From Chiloscyllium plagiosum (lineage: Eukaryota), in contig NC_057757.1 of the NCBI RefSeq assembly GCF_004010195.1, forward strand, positions 9,707,646 through 9,752,459: 44,814 bases of DNA. The letters run 5' to 3'. A program made the translations under genes and the position numbers. Of the stretch, positions 24,161 to 36,359 are shown piece after piece. The notes below the pieces were generated by a model. The model did no database searches. It worked only from the letters and a program-made list of their open reading frames with translations, and was not told where the DNA came from. The number at the start of each line of letters is the position of its first letter. Positions within the stretch are counted from its first letter, which is position 1.

Positions 24161-27100
24161 GGGCAGCATGATGGCTCAGTGGTTAACTCTGCTGCCTCAC
24201 AGCTCCAGGGAGCAGGGTTTAGTTCCAGCATTGGGTGACTGTCTATGTGGAGTTTGCACATTAGAACATAGAACATAGAACAATACAGCACAAAACAGGC
24301 CCTTCGGCCCTCAATGTTGCGCTGACCTGTGAACTATTCTCAGTTCGCCCCCCCCCCCCCACACTATCCCAAAATCATCCATGTGCTTATCTAAGGATTG
24401 TTTAAATCTCCCTAATGTGGCTGAGTTGACTACATTAGCAGGTGGGGCATTCCACACCCTACCACTCTCTGCGTAAAGAACTTTCCTCTGACATCTGTCT
24501 TAAATCTCTCACCCTTCAATTTGTAAGTTATGCCCTCTCGTACAAGCTGACATCATCATCCTAGGAAAACTTATTTCAGTTTATAATTCTCAGATCACCT
24601 TGTATGTCTCTATCAAATCCCCCCTTAGCCTTCTTCTTTCCAATGAGAACAGACCCAAGTCTCTCAGCCTTTCCTCATGAGACCTTCCCTCCATACCAGG
24701 CAACATCCTGGTCAATCTCCTCTGCACCTTTTCAAATGCTTCCACATCCTTCCTGTAATGGGGCAACCAGAACTGTACACAATATTCCAAGTGTGGCCGG
24801 CAACCAGAACTGTACACAATATTCCAAGTGTGGCCGCACGGGCGTTTTATACAGTTGCAACATGATATTGTGGTTCTGGTACTCATTCCCTCCACCAATG
24901 AAACCAAACACACCGTATGCCTTCTTCACAGCATTATCCACCTGGGTGGCAACTTTCAGGGATCTATGTACATGGACTCCAAGATCCCTTTGCACACCCA
25001 CACGACCAAGAATCTTTCCATTGACCCAGTACTCTGCCTTCCTGTTATTCTTCCCAAAATGCACCACCTCACATTTACCTGCATTGAACTCCATTTGCCA
25101 CATCTCAGCCCAATTCTGCAGTTTATCCAAATCCTCCTGCAACCTCTAACAGTCTTCTAAATTGTCCACTACTCCACCGATTTTAGTGTCATCCACCTAT
25201 GCCTGCGTCTAAGTCATTTATAAAAATGACAAACAGCAGTGGTCCCAAAACAGATCCTTGTGGCACACGACTAGTAACCGGACTCCAAGCTGAATATTTT
25301 CCATCAACCACCACTTGCTGCCTTCTTTCAGAAAGCCAGTTTCTAATCCAAACTGCTAAATCACCCTCAATTCCATGCCTCTGCACTTTCTCCATCAGCC
25401 TATCATGTGGAACCTTATCAAAGGCTTTCCTGAAGTCATGTATACCATGTCAACTGCCCTGTCCTCATCTACATGCTTGGTCGCCTTCTCAAAAAACTCA
25501 ATGAGGTTTGTGAGACATGACCTGCCCTTGGCGAAACCATGTTAACTATCTGAAATCAAATTGTTGCTTGCGAGATGATTATAAATCTTATCTCTTATAA
25601 ACCTTTCCAAAACCTTTCCTACAACATAAGTAAGGCTCACTGATCTATAATTACCTGGGTCATCTCTACTGCCCTTCTTGAACAATGGCACAACATTTGC
25701 AATCCTCCAGGTACTAAACCTATTGAAAATGATGACTCCAGTATCAAAGCCAATGGCTCTGCTATCTCCTCCCAGAGAATCCTCGGATAAATCCCATCCA
25801 GCCCAGGGAACTTGTCTACTTTCACTCCTTCTAGAATTGATAACACCTGTTTGTAACTAACCTCAATCCTTTCTAGTCTAATATCTCGTACCACATTCTT
25901 CTCCTCTACAATATTCTCCTTTTCCTGAGTGAAAACCGATGAAAAATGTTCGTTTACCACCTGTCCGATCTCTACAGGGTCCACACTCAACTTCCCACTT
26001 CTGTCTTTGACTGGCCCTATTCCTACCTTAGTCATCCTTGTATTCCTCACATACCTACAGAAAGCTTTATTCTATTTGCTAAAGACTGCTCGTGTCCTCT
26101 CTTTGCTCTTCTTAACTCTCTCTTTAAATCCTTCCCAACTGATCCGTATCTCTCCATTGCCTCATCTGAACCATCTTGCCTCATCAACACATAAACCTCC
26201 TTCTTCTGCTTAACAATTTCTGTTGTAAACCACGGTTCCATTACCTTATCGGTTCTGTTACCTTATCACTTCCTCCCTGCCTGACAGGGACATACCTATC
26301 AAGAACACGCAATATCTGTTCCTTAAACCAGCTCCACATTTCCATTGTCTGCATCCCCTGCATTTTGCTACCCCATTCTATGCATCCTAATTCTTGCCTA
26401 ATCGCATTATAATTGCCCTTGTCCCATCGATAACTCTTGAACTGTGGCATGGACCTATCCCTTTCCATCACTAAACTAAACATTACGGAATTATGGTTAC
26501 TCTCCCCAAAGTGCTCACCTACAACTAAATCAAAACCAGGTCTGGTTAATTGCCCTTGTCCCATCGATAACTCTTAACTGTGGCATGGACCTATCCCTTC
26601 CCATCACTAAACTAAACATTACGGAATTATGGTTACTCTCCCCAAAGTGCTCACCTACAACTAAATCAAACACCTGGCCTGGTTCATTACCAAGCACCAG
26701 ATCCAGTGTGGTCTCCCCTCTTGTCGGCCCTTCGACATACTGTGTCAGGAAACCCTCCTCCATACATTGGACAAAAACTGATCCATTTGACGTACTAGAG
26801 CTATAACATTTCCAGTCAATGTTGGGGAAGTTAAAGTTCCCCATAATGACCTGTTCCTTTCACTCCTACTCAGAATAACTTTGCTAATTCTCTCTCCTAC
26901 CTCCCTGGAACTCTGCGGAGGCCTATAAAAAACTCCCAGCAGTGTGACCTCTCCTCTCCTGTTTCTAACCTCAGCCCACATTACCTCAGTAGACGAATCC
27001 TCATCAAAAGTTCTTTCAGCCACTGTTATACTATCTTTGACTAACAAGGCCATGCCTCCATCTCTTTTACCGCCTTGCCTGCTTTTAACGAAAGATCTAA

Positions 27101-27614
27101 ATCCTGGAACCTACAACATCCATTCCTCACCCTGCTCTCTCCATGTCTCTGAAATGGCCACAACATCGAAGTCCCAGGGACCTAACCATGCCGCCAGCTC
27201 ACCCACCTTATTCCGGATACTTCTGGCATTGAAGTCGACACACTTCAAACCACTTCACTGTCTGCTAGCACATTCCTGTGACCCTGAAATCTTGTCCCTG
27301 TCCTTCCTACTCTCATCCTCCTGTGCACTACAACTACATCTCCAGTTCCCATCCCCCTGCTGAGCTAGTTTAAACCCATCCGAATAGCACCAGCAAATTT
27401 CCCACCCAGGATATTAGTACCCCTCTGTGCATTCTCCCTGTGTCTGCAAGGGTTTCTTCCAGGTGCTCAGGTTTCCAAAGATGTGCAGGTTAGGTGGAGA
27501 GGCCATGGGAAATGTAGGGTTACATGGATAGGATGTGTGGGTGGGATGCTCTTTGAAGGATTAGTATGGATTCGATGGGTCGAATGGTCTGCTTCTACAC
27601 TGTAGGGATTCTAT
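24161..27614 (+). mobile_element. HE1-like SINE split in two (24161-24262 and ~27427-27614) by a 3.2-kb CR1
   Basis: The V-domain breaks at GGAGTTTGCACATT and resumes GCATTCTCCCTGTGTCTGC. Confidence 0.88.
24263..27424 (-). mobile_element. CR1/HER1-like LINE: ORF1 end, APE endonuclease, RT, 3' UTR; frameshifted and internally deleted
   Basis: GTNILGGKFAGAIRMGLN* (~27365-27420); [60 protein letters not shown]; (TTCTATG)n tail at 24263-24281. Confidence 0.96.
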
Positions 27615-27819
27615 AAATATCAGAAGCCTTGGTTTCCTGATGGAGTTTCCCATATGTGGGAGGATAGGTGAGCAGAAATAATCCTATTAGTTTCTGTTTT
27701 CTGTGCTGGACTGGAACCTAGTCTAAGATCAGGATTTGAAGACTTGCTACTTGCCAATGACAACATCCTTCGCTCTAAGAACAGGGGCTGTGGGTTCAAG
27801 GCCTAAGCACCAAGTTTCT

Positions 27820-28640
27820 CAACACCATTCTCCTGCTTTCTCCCTGTAACCCTTTGATCCCCTTGACACTGAAGAAGCTATCTATCTCAGTCAATGTACC
27901 CAATGACCTGGCCTCAGCAGCCTTCTGTGGCAATAAATTCCACAGATTCCCCACTCTCTGGCTGAAGACGTTTCTCCTTATCTCTGTTCTAAAAGTTCTT
28001 CCTGTTACTCTAAAACTGTGCCCTCAGGTCCTAGTCTATCCTACCAATGGAGACATATTTCCAACATCTACTCTGTCCAGGCAATTCAGTATTCTGTATG
28101 TTTCAATTAGATCCCACGTCATCCTTCTAAACTCCATTGAGTATAAACCCAGAGTCCTCAAACGTTCCTCTTATGTTAAGCTTTTCATTCCTGGGACCAT
28201 TCTCGTGAACCTCCTCTGAACACAATCCAGGGCCAGTACATCTTCCTGAGATATGAGGCCCGAAACTATGCATAATACTCCAAATGTGGTCTAACCAGAG
28301 CCTTATAGAGCCTCAGAAGTACATCTCTGCTTTTATATTCAAGTCCTCTCAAAATAAATTCCATCATTGCATTTGCCTTCCTATTGACTCAACCTGCAAG
28401 TTTACCTTGACAGACTCCTGGACTAAAACTCTCAAGTCTCTTTGCCCTTTAGATTTCTGAATTTTCTCCCCATTTAGAAAATAACCTCTATTCTCCCTAC
28501 CAAAGTGCATGGCCTCACAGTTTCCCACATTATACTCCATCTGCCACTTCTTTGCCCACTCTCCTAACATGTCCAAATCCTTCTGCATTCTCCCTGCCTC
28601 CTCAATGCTATTTGTCCCTCTACCTATCTTTGTAAACTTA
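27820..28640 (-). mobile_element. CR1 RT/3' fragment
   Basis: QKDLDMLGEWAKKWQMEYNVGNCEAMHFG. Confidence 0.92.
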
Positions 28641-28674
28641 GCCAGAATAATCTCAGTTCTTTCACCTAGATCTA

Positions 28675-28803
28675 GGGACAGTAGGAGGAAACCAAAGCAT
28701 CTGGAAGAAACCCATGCAGACATGGGGAGAATGTGCAAACTCCACATGACAGTCGCCCGAGGCTGGAATGGAATCTGCGCTGTGAGGCAGCAGTGCTAAC
28801 CAC
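28675..28803 (-). mobile_element. HE1-like SINE 5' part
   Basis: GGAGGAAACCAAAGCATCTGGAAGAAACCCATGCAGAC...GCAGTGCTAACCAC. Confidence 0.82.
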
Positions 28804-28894
28804 TATTTATTGAACGGTGAACAAGATTGACAGGTCTATTCCTAACTCATGGACCCAAATGTACCTCCATGTATCTGCAAGGATGTTTAAAGGT

Positions 28895-29042
28895 TAAAAA
28901 AAGACAAAAGAAAGTAAAGAACTAAGGATGCTGGAAATAAAACAAAAACAGAAAGTGTTGGAAAAACTCAACAGGTCCGGCAGCATCGGTGGAGAGAAAA
29001 CAGAACTAACGTTTCGGGTCCAGTGACCCTTCCTCAGAACTC
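28895..29042 (-). mobile_element. Penelope-like family D short insertion
   Basis: Hammerhead at its 5' end; possible 11-bp TSD TGTT(T/A)AAAGGT at 28884-28894 and 29043-29053; related to 20405-20548. Confidence 0.72.
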
Positions 29043-29044
29043 TG
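29001..29044 (-). ncRNA. Minimal type I hammerhead ribozyme motif (family D)
   Basis: cagagtt-CTGAGGA-A-GGGTC(ACTG)GACCC-GAAA-C-GTT-agttctg; 7-bp helix I including two G-U pairs. Confidence 0.75.
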
Positions 29045-29074
29045 TTAAAAGGTAGGTGAGGAGGATGGTTGAAG

Positions 29075-30130
29075 TTGTTGGTGTGATGTTGATCAAATAG
29101 GTTACTTCATCCTGATTGGTGCCGAGCTTTGTGAGGGTTGTAGGAAGTGTTACTAACTACACAAGTATTCTATCTCACTCCTGCTTCCTGTGTGGTAGAT
29201 TGTAGAGGCTTTGGGGAATCAGAAGGACAATTACTTGCCACAGATTTCCCAGGCTTCGAATATCTGTTAGAGCCGCAGTTAACCTCTTCCTCAGCCCAAT
29301 AGAGATGTTATGACACACTTCTGGAGCAAGTAGGATTTGAACATTGGCCTCTTGGCTCAGGGGTAGGGGCACTACCACTCAGACACAACAGCACCCACAA
29401 TCCAGTTACTTTTCTGGTTGTTGATAATGGTAAATGAGGGGTTACGGGAATAGGGTGAGGGTGGGGGTAAGTCTAGGTTGGATGCTCTTTGGAGTGTTGC
29501 CGAGGACTCAATGGGCTGAATGGCCACTTTCTGCACTCTAGACTATCCTGTAATGCTGAGGGCATTGATGACTGGTAATTGTCATATAAAGTACATTGCT
29601 ACAAGGGTCATTGTTACATTGGTTCATGCAGTCTGAGGGTAGAGTCAAGGAGTTCATCTCCAGCTTTCAGAGAGAGCAGACATATCTGTACCAACTCCCT
29701 CAGCTCTTAATCACTATCCTGACCAAATGTGTAGTTGTATTCATTGCTAGCATTCAAAAAGCCTTTTTGTTATCTAAGAACAGTGCCTGTTCTTTAGATT
29801 CTCTGAAGTGCTGTAACACGAGATAGACTCAAGACTCAAAGACGAAGGCGGATTGGCGACCTTACCCAGTGCCATCTACCTAGAGAGAGATGGAAAATAC
29901 CAGAAGGTACCAGCTGTGGTCATTTGGGAAAATAGCACAGTCATGCTACTGAATATCAACAGAGCTTAGATTCGGTTTCTTGTGCTGGTTGGTGCCTGAT
30001 ACTTGTGTGCCATGAATGATCAGCCCAAAGGTGAATGTTGTCCACGTCTTGTTGTATGCAGACACAGATTGCTGCAGTGTTAGAGGAGTTACCAAAGGAA
30101 TTGAGTTGGAGTTTGAATGGCAGTGTCTTT
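29075..30130 (-). mobile_element. Fragmented copy of the second LINE family with interspersed SINE pieces
   Basis: 29075-29270 resembles the reverse complement of 37255-37420; tRNA-like head 29290-29390; HE1 3' part 29425-29545. Confidence 0.55.
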
Positions 30131-30202
30131 TCCTACTGACTGTCTCAGGCTATGTCACTGACAGTGAAACTAACAGTGTTAATTCCTTTAGCGATTGAGG
30201 GC

Positions 30203-31392
30203 CATATACACACACTATATATGTACTGTATACACATCACTGTACAAACACACTGTATGTACATCCACACTATACATGTACTGTATACACATACACTGTA
30301 CAAACACACTGTATATACATGCACACTATACATTACTTTATACACACATACTGTACAAACACTGTATGTATACACACGCTATACATGTTCTGTATACACA
30401 CACACTGTACAAACACACTGTATATACATCCATACCATACATGTACTGTATACACATACACTGTACAAACACACTGTATATACATCCACACCATCTACTG
30501 TATACACATACACTGTACAAACACACTGTATATATATCCACACTATATGTATACTGTATACACACACTATACAAACACACTGTATATACATCCACACCAT
30601 CTACTGTATACACATACACTGCACAAACACACTGTATATACATCCACACCATACATCTACTGTGTACACATACACTGTACAACACGCTGTATATACATCC
30701 ACACCATACATCTACTGTATACACATACACTGTACAAACACACTGTATATACATCCACACTATATGTATACTGTATACACATCACTGTACAAACACACTG
30801 TATATATACACACACTATACATGTACTGTATACACATACACTGTACAAACACACTGTATATACATTCACACTATACATGTACTGTATATATACACACTGT
30901 ACAAACACACTGTATATATACACACTATATATGTACTGTATACACACACTGTACAAACACACTGTATATACATCCACACCATACATGTACTGTATATACA
31001 TACACTGTACAAACACACTATATATGTACTGTACACACACACACTGTACAAACACACTGTATATACATCCACACCATACATGTACTGTATACACATACAC
31101 TGTACAAACACACTGTCTATATATACAGACACTATATACGCACTGTGTATACACACATTGTACATACTGTATACACATATAAACACTACACATGCACTGT
31201 ATATACACATACTATACAAATACACTGTATACACACTATACAGGCACTATATATACACACACTGTACATACACTTTGCATACACAATGTATATACAGACA
31301 TTATACTTACACATTACACACTATACACACTGCATACCCACTGTACACAAATGCTATAAACACTGTACTGACGTTGTACACAGCCACTGTAC
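30203..31392. repeat. AC/AT-rich minisatellite, ~56-bp unit (ACACTGTACAAACACACTGTATATACATCCACACCATACATGTACTGTATACACAT), decaying rightward
   Basis: CTGTACAAACACACTGTA recurs at ~50-57 bp spacing. Confidence 0.95.
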
Positions 31393-31766
31393 AGACCCTT
31401 GCGATTCCATCCGTTCTAAAGATTCTGTTATTGAGATGCATCTGAAATTCACTGCAGCTGCATTGTTGGATTTACTGCAGGGTTTGTCCTGGCTCAGGAT
31501 TCTTTGCTGCAGTTAATGCCACTTCATTGCAAAGTCCACTTATGTGATTTGGTTGTATCCTCCATTAAACTGAATACTAACGCCATTAAATATGCAATAA
31601 TCTCATGAATGAGTGTACACATAAAATATGGAATATCACAGTACGGGGTTGGATGAGAAATCCGGCTGCTGGTTATTTTTGGCTGGCATTGTTTTGTGAC
31701 TGGAAATTAGGAGTTTAGGTCAGAGGTATAAGTCCAACCGTAATCTTGATGGAGATTGTCCACTTA

Positions 31767-31988
31767 CAGTCAGTTCTTTCATAATGCTATTGTGTTCTGT
31801 TCTCGTGCAATCCCATGTTATAAGAAAATCGCATAATAGCGGCACCATTTAAAATAATGGAGCCAGAATATAACCAATACAACCAATAGCAGCTTTAAAA
31901 TCTCATGCTTTAGAAACAGTGTCTCCAATTCATCAATGGTGTTAGAGAATTTGTGTGAACGAAGCATGTATTATAGCAGAATGACCTT
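31767..31988. mobile_element. pogo/Tigger-like (Tc1/mariner) MITE
   Basis: TA|CAGTCAGTTCTTTCATAATGC ... GTATTATAGCAGAATGACCTT|TA; degenerate TIRs and TA flanks. Confidence 0.6.
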
Positions 31989-32159
31989 TACCTGTCAGTG
32001 AATTGTCCAGCCAGATTTCTGAACATCGCCTGTTCTGAGTGTCTCCAACAGAGGAAATTGCCACAGAACCTACTCAGCACAGGATTAGTGTTAGATGCCA
32101 AGGACATGCCAAGACATGTCCTTTTTTTTGGAATTAGCTGCGAATTCTGGCTTCCAGAG

Positions 32160-32520
32160 GGGAGGTGGTGGCCTGGCGGCATTATCATGGGACTATTAAT
32201 TCAGAGACCCAGATAATGTCCTGGGGATCCACGTTCAAATCCTGCCATGGCAGATGGTGGATTTTGAATTCAATTGAAAAAATAATCTAGAATGAAGAGT
32301 CTAATCATGATCACAAATCGATTATTTGGAGGGCGAGGGGAGCATTTGGTTAATTAATGCCCTTTAGGAAGAAAACTGCCATCCTTACCTGGTCTGGCCT
32401 ACATGTGACTCCAGACCCACAGCAATGTGGTTGACACTTTACTGCCCTCTGGGCACTGAGGGGTGGGAAATTAATGCTGACCTAACCAGTGATGCCCTCA
32501 CCCCATGAATCAGTAAAGGA
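32160..32520 (+). mobile_element. Second tRNA-derived SINE family, full-length
   Basis: B box GTTCAAATCC at ~32233; core CTGCCATCCTTACCTGGTCTGGCCTACATGTGACTCCAGAC; tail shared with the LINE at 37740-37800. Confidence 0.85.
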
Positions 32521-33729
32521 AGAATCAAATTCCAGTAAATACAAAGTCCAAAAGCCACTTCAACAGCTATTGAGAATGAAATTAAGTGTTTAGACTTGCA
32601 AGTGAGTGAGTGAGGAATTAGAATGGCTGGATTGTTGGGTGTAGGCTGCATGGTGAGTGAGGAGATATGATGACAAGTGGGTGCAGGGTGAGGCTGGTAA
32701 ATGGGTGAGAGGTATAGCACACCAGTTGGGTAAGGAGGTAGGATGTCAGGTCTGTAAAGGGTAGATAAAGGATTAGAGTAAGTGGGTGATGGAATAAGGT
32801 GACAAGTGAGGGAGTATGATGGTGAATGGGCGAGGTCTAGGGTGTGAAGGGGGTTGCAGGGTGGGTCAAGTGTTGGAGAGGGTCTCAAAATCTCCAGGGT
32901 GGAGGGGTGGGCTGTGTGCTGGGGAGGGGTGAGTGATGCATGTCCAGGTTGCGTGGGCAGTGGGTGCAGTCACAGTGAGTGATCGACGCCAGGGGTGGCC
33001 ACTTAGCCTGGAGTTAGCTCCACCATTTCCTGGGGATCTATTCAGATGAGTCGGTTTGAACCCTCTTATGTCTCTGACTCTAACTCCAAATTTGAGACAT
33101 TTGTGGAGGGCTTTTAGATCCAGAGTAATGACCGTTCTCAAGTTTAAACACCTTGGATAACTATTGCGTATGACTTCCGAGAGGTCTCAGTGTGTATCTT
33201 GTAGGATATGTCTGAAGACTCAAGGATTTGGGACAATGGGAATATGACAACAGGGCATCATGAAAGCCAAAAAGACTTTCTTGGAAATTTTGCCATTACA
33301 CCAGAAGGTTTACAGTGTGGGTGAGGAGCAATTTCTACACAATGTATCAAAGCAAAAAATGGTTGACTTTGTTAAAAACATCAACTTCAACTGAAGCATT
33401 TAAGACTCATTCCTCAGCTGAACCACACAGGGAAGTTCCAGTATGTTAACTTGCAGCAGTTTCAGGTAGGGAAATCTATTGTTCCTGGATTGCTGCAAAG
33501 TAATACATGTCACCCCAGAATCTCGGAAAATTAAATCAATCTTTGAGACATTCCCTCTTGTTTTCCGACAGCCAGACTCTTAACAAGCAGCAGAGTCACA
33601 ACATGACCTCTGGATGCAACATGATCTTGGCATGTTGAACAATTAACACCATTCAATGGATAGAGCACATTTGGGAATGCAGAAGATTATGGGCATTAGA
33701 GCCTCCATTACTGACTATTAACCAATGGG

Positions 33730-33919
33730 GAGAAAGTGAGGACTGCAGATGCTGGAGATCAGAGCTGAAAATGTGTTGCTGGAAAAGTGCAGCAGGTCAG
33801 GCAGCATCCAAGGAACAGGAGAATCAATTCCTGAAGAAGGGCTTATGCCCGAAACGTTGATTTTCCTGTTCCTTGGATGCTGCCTGACCTGCTGTGCTTT
33901 TCCAGCAACACATGTTCAG
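33730..33919. mobile_element. Penelope-like family A fold-back insertion with hammerhead (33831-33858)
   Basis: Exact 14-bp TSD TATTAACCAATGGG at 33716-33729 and 33920-33933; inverted arms ~33765-33827/33857-33919; 35-nt tail; CTGAAGAAGGGCTTATGCCCGAAACGTT. Confidence 0.88.
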
Positions 33920-34072
33920 TATTAACCAATGGGTATTTATTCCCACAATAGATAAATTCATCTCAGGCAGAATGGACTATAATGGAGATATTTTTAATTA
34001 ATCTGTCTAGATATATTATAAAATACCTCTGGAGCATGTGGGACTTGAACCCAAGCTATCTGGCTTAAAGAC

Positions 34073-34389
34073 GGGTGGCACAGTGGCACAGTGGTTAGCA
34101 CTGCTGCCTCACAGCACCAGAGACCCGGGTTTAATTCCCACCTCAGGCAACTGTCTGTGTGGAGTTTGCACATTCTCCCCGTGTCTGCGTGGGTTTCCTC
34201 CAGGTGCTCTGGTTTCCTCCCACAGTCCAAAAATGTGCAGGTTAGGTGAATTGGCCATGCTAAATTGCCCGTAGTGTTAGGTGAAGGGGTAAATGTAGGG
34301 GAATGGGTCTGGGTGGGTTGCGCTTCGGAGGGTCGGTGTGGACTTGTTGGGCTGAAGGGCCTGTTTCCACATTGTAAGTAAACTAATCA
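34073..34389 (+). mobile_element. HE1-like V-SINE, young
   Basis: Closely similar to 10979-11301. Confidence 0.95.
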
Positions 34390-34713
34390 AGATAGGGAGA
34401 TCTCCCCTGCACTCTTGTGGATTAGCCACCCATATCTAATGGTATGGTTAGATAGCAGCCAATGGAATTAAACATCAGGTGCAGGATATAATGCTGGCCA
34501 ATCCAATGCCCACTGAGACAAATTATTATCTCCTTTCTCTGACAGAGCGAAATGCGATTTTCTATGGCTATCTTGCAGACCCAAAAGGCAGCAACTCCAA
34601 GAGTTCTGCAGTCCTTGTGTTCAGTCTCACAAAAAGTACTTAAACAGGATTTGAACATATAACCACCTGCTTCAGAGGGGCAAGTGATACCACTGGTCAC
34701 AGCAAACACCAAC

Positions 34714-35086
34714 CATCTTCCGCCTAGGAACCCTCCAACCCACAAGGGATGAATGCAGATTTCTCCAGCTTCCTCACTTCCCCTCCTCCCACCTTTTCTC
34801 AGTCCCAACCCTCAGACTCAGCACCGCCTTCTTGATCTGCAATCTTCTTCCCGACCTCTCCGCCCCCAGCCCCTCTCTGGCCTATCAACCTCACCTTAAC
34901 CTCCTTCCACCTATCGCATTCCCAACGCCCGTTCCCCCAAGTCCCTCCTCCCTACCTTTTATCTTAGCCTGCTTGGCACACCCTCCTCATTCCCGAAGAA
35001 GGGCTTAAGCCCGAAACGTCGATTCTCCTGTTCCTTTGATGCTGCCTGACCTGCTGCGCTTTTCCAGCAACACATTTTTAAGCTCT
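34714..35086 (+). mobile_element. Penelope-like family A 3' fragment: GIY-YIG C-terminus, C/T-rich UTR, mutated hammerhead
   Basis: Begins IFRLGTLQP(+1 frameshift)QGMNADF; hammerhead core reads CCGAAGA; 10-bp TSD AAACACCAAC at 34704-34713 and 35087-35096. Confidence 0.85.
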
Positions 35087-35898
35087 AAACACCAACTGTA
35101 CCAAACGTGGGAATGAGTAACAGTCATCCTAGTTAGAATGAAGAGGCAGAATCTTGCATTCCTAAGTAGAAATATCCTCTCCTTCATAAATTGAAACATG
35201 TCATGCAGTAAATTAAACATTTCACTGCCAAAGAAATGGAACAGCTCATTCCATTGCAAACCAGTGATTGAGAAATCTTACCTGTTGCCCAAACCCAGCG
35301 CCAGCTTTACCTGAGGTTAATTACTGATGGTTGATGTAAACTCTCAGTGCAAGATATGCAACACTGGAGTTCAATGGTCTGACACAGAGAGCATCAAAAC
35401 CAATGTTTTCAGCAAAACCTTGCCACAATGCTTGTAGAAAACAGCCCCACTCAGATCGTCTGGAGAGGGGGAGACTCATTTCCCTCTCAACAGCTCAACG
35501 ACATAACAAGGAAGCTTTCCCAGGAAGCATATTTCAAAGGTCAGCAGGGGTTAGGCAGCAGAACCCGCTGTAGGAAGACCCTTTCCACTTTCCCAACTTG
35601 CACGGATTCTCTGCTGGTGGGAGATGCTTGACTTCTTCACAACCTGAGTCTGGCCCAGTCTACACGGATGATGATCAGTGAGGGGAGAGGAGAGGAAGAC
35701 TACAGCCAGCTCATTCAACTTGAACTTCAAGGCTGGCTGATTCAGAAGTGTGTGACAGTGTTAATCTTGTTGCATTTTGCAAATGTTCCCTGCAGCTTTT
35801 GAGAGAAAATTTAAAAGGAAACATATGGCACATCACTGTAAAATCATGTAAATCCAGCAAAGCACCCTGAACCTCGGAATGCTTTCAACAGACAAGAC

Positions 35899-36359
35899 TT
35901 GGAGGAGCTGGTGTTGGACTGGGGTGGACAAAGTTAAAAATCACACAACAACAGGTTATAGTCCAACAGGTTTATTTGGAAACACAAGCTTTCGAGGTGC
36001 TGCCTCTGCATCAGGAGGTTGTGGAACAGGACCATAGTACACAGATTTTATAGCAAAAGGGTTACAGTGTCATGGAGCTGCAATGATAAATTAAACAAAT
36101 TTAGATTGTCTTTCTTCTTTTAGAATGGGATATGCTAGTTAAAGAATCAAAACTAGCATATCCCATTCTAAAAGAAGAAAGACTTAACCTAAAATTGTTT
36201 AATATATCATTACAGCTCCATGATACTGTAAACCTTTTGCTATATATTCTGTGTATTATGATCCTGTTCCACAACCACCTGATGAAGAGGCAGCGCCTTG
36301 AAAGCTAGTGTTTCCAAATAAACCTGCTGGACTATAACCTGGTGTTGTGTGATTTTTAA
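35899..36359. mobile_element. Penelope-like family B long fold-back insertion
   Basis: ~208-bp inverted arms 35933-36140/36151-36360, 10-nt spacer; 34-nt tail; 13-bp TSD CAA(C/T)AGACAAGAC at 35886-35898 and 36360-36372. Confidence 0.88.
36276..36310 (+). ncRNA. Minimal type I hammerhead ribozyme motif (family B)
   Basis: cac-CTGATGA-A-GAGGC(AGC)GCCTT-GAAA-G-CTA-gtg. Confidence 0.7.

Noticed and set aside
29866..29883. CTCF-like motif (TAGATGGCACTG, minus)
   Set aside because: The 5' CCAC/CCAG part is missing; too weak.
30203..31392. CRISPR-like array
   Set aside because: No unique spacers, no cas genes, vertebrate context.
30152..31516. Long His/Thr/Tyr/Cys-rich ORFs (454, 416, 287 aa)
   Set aside because: They are open in several frames and on both strands because the minisatellite unit lacks stop codons.
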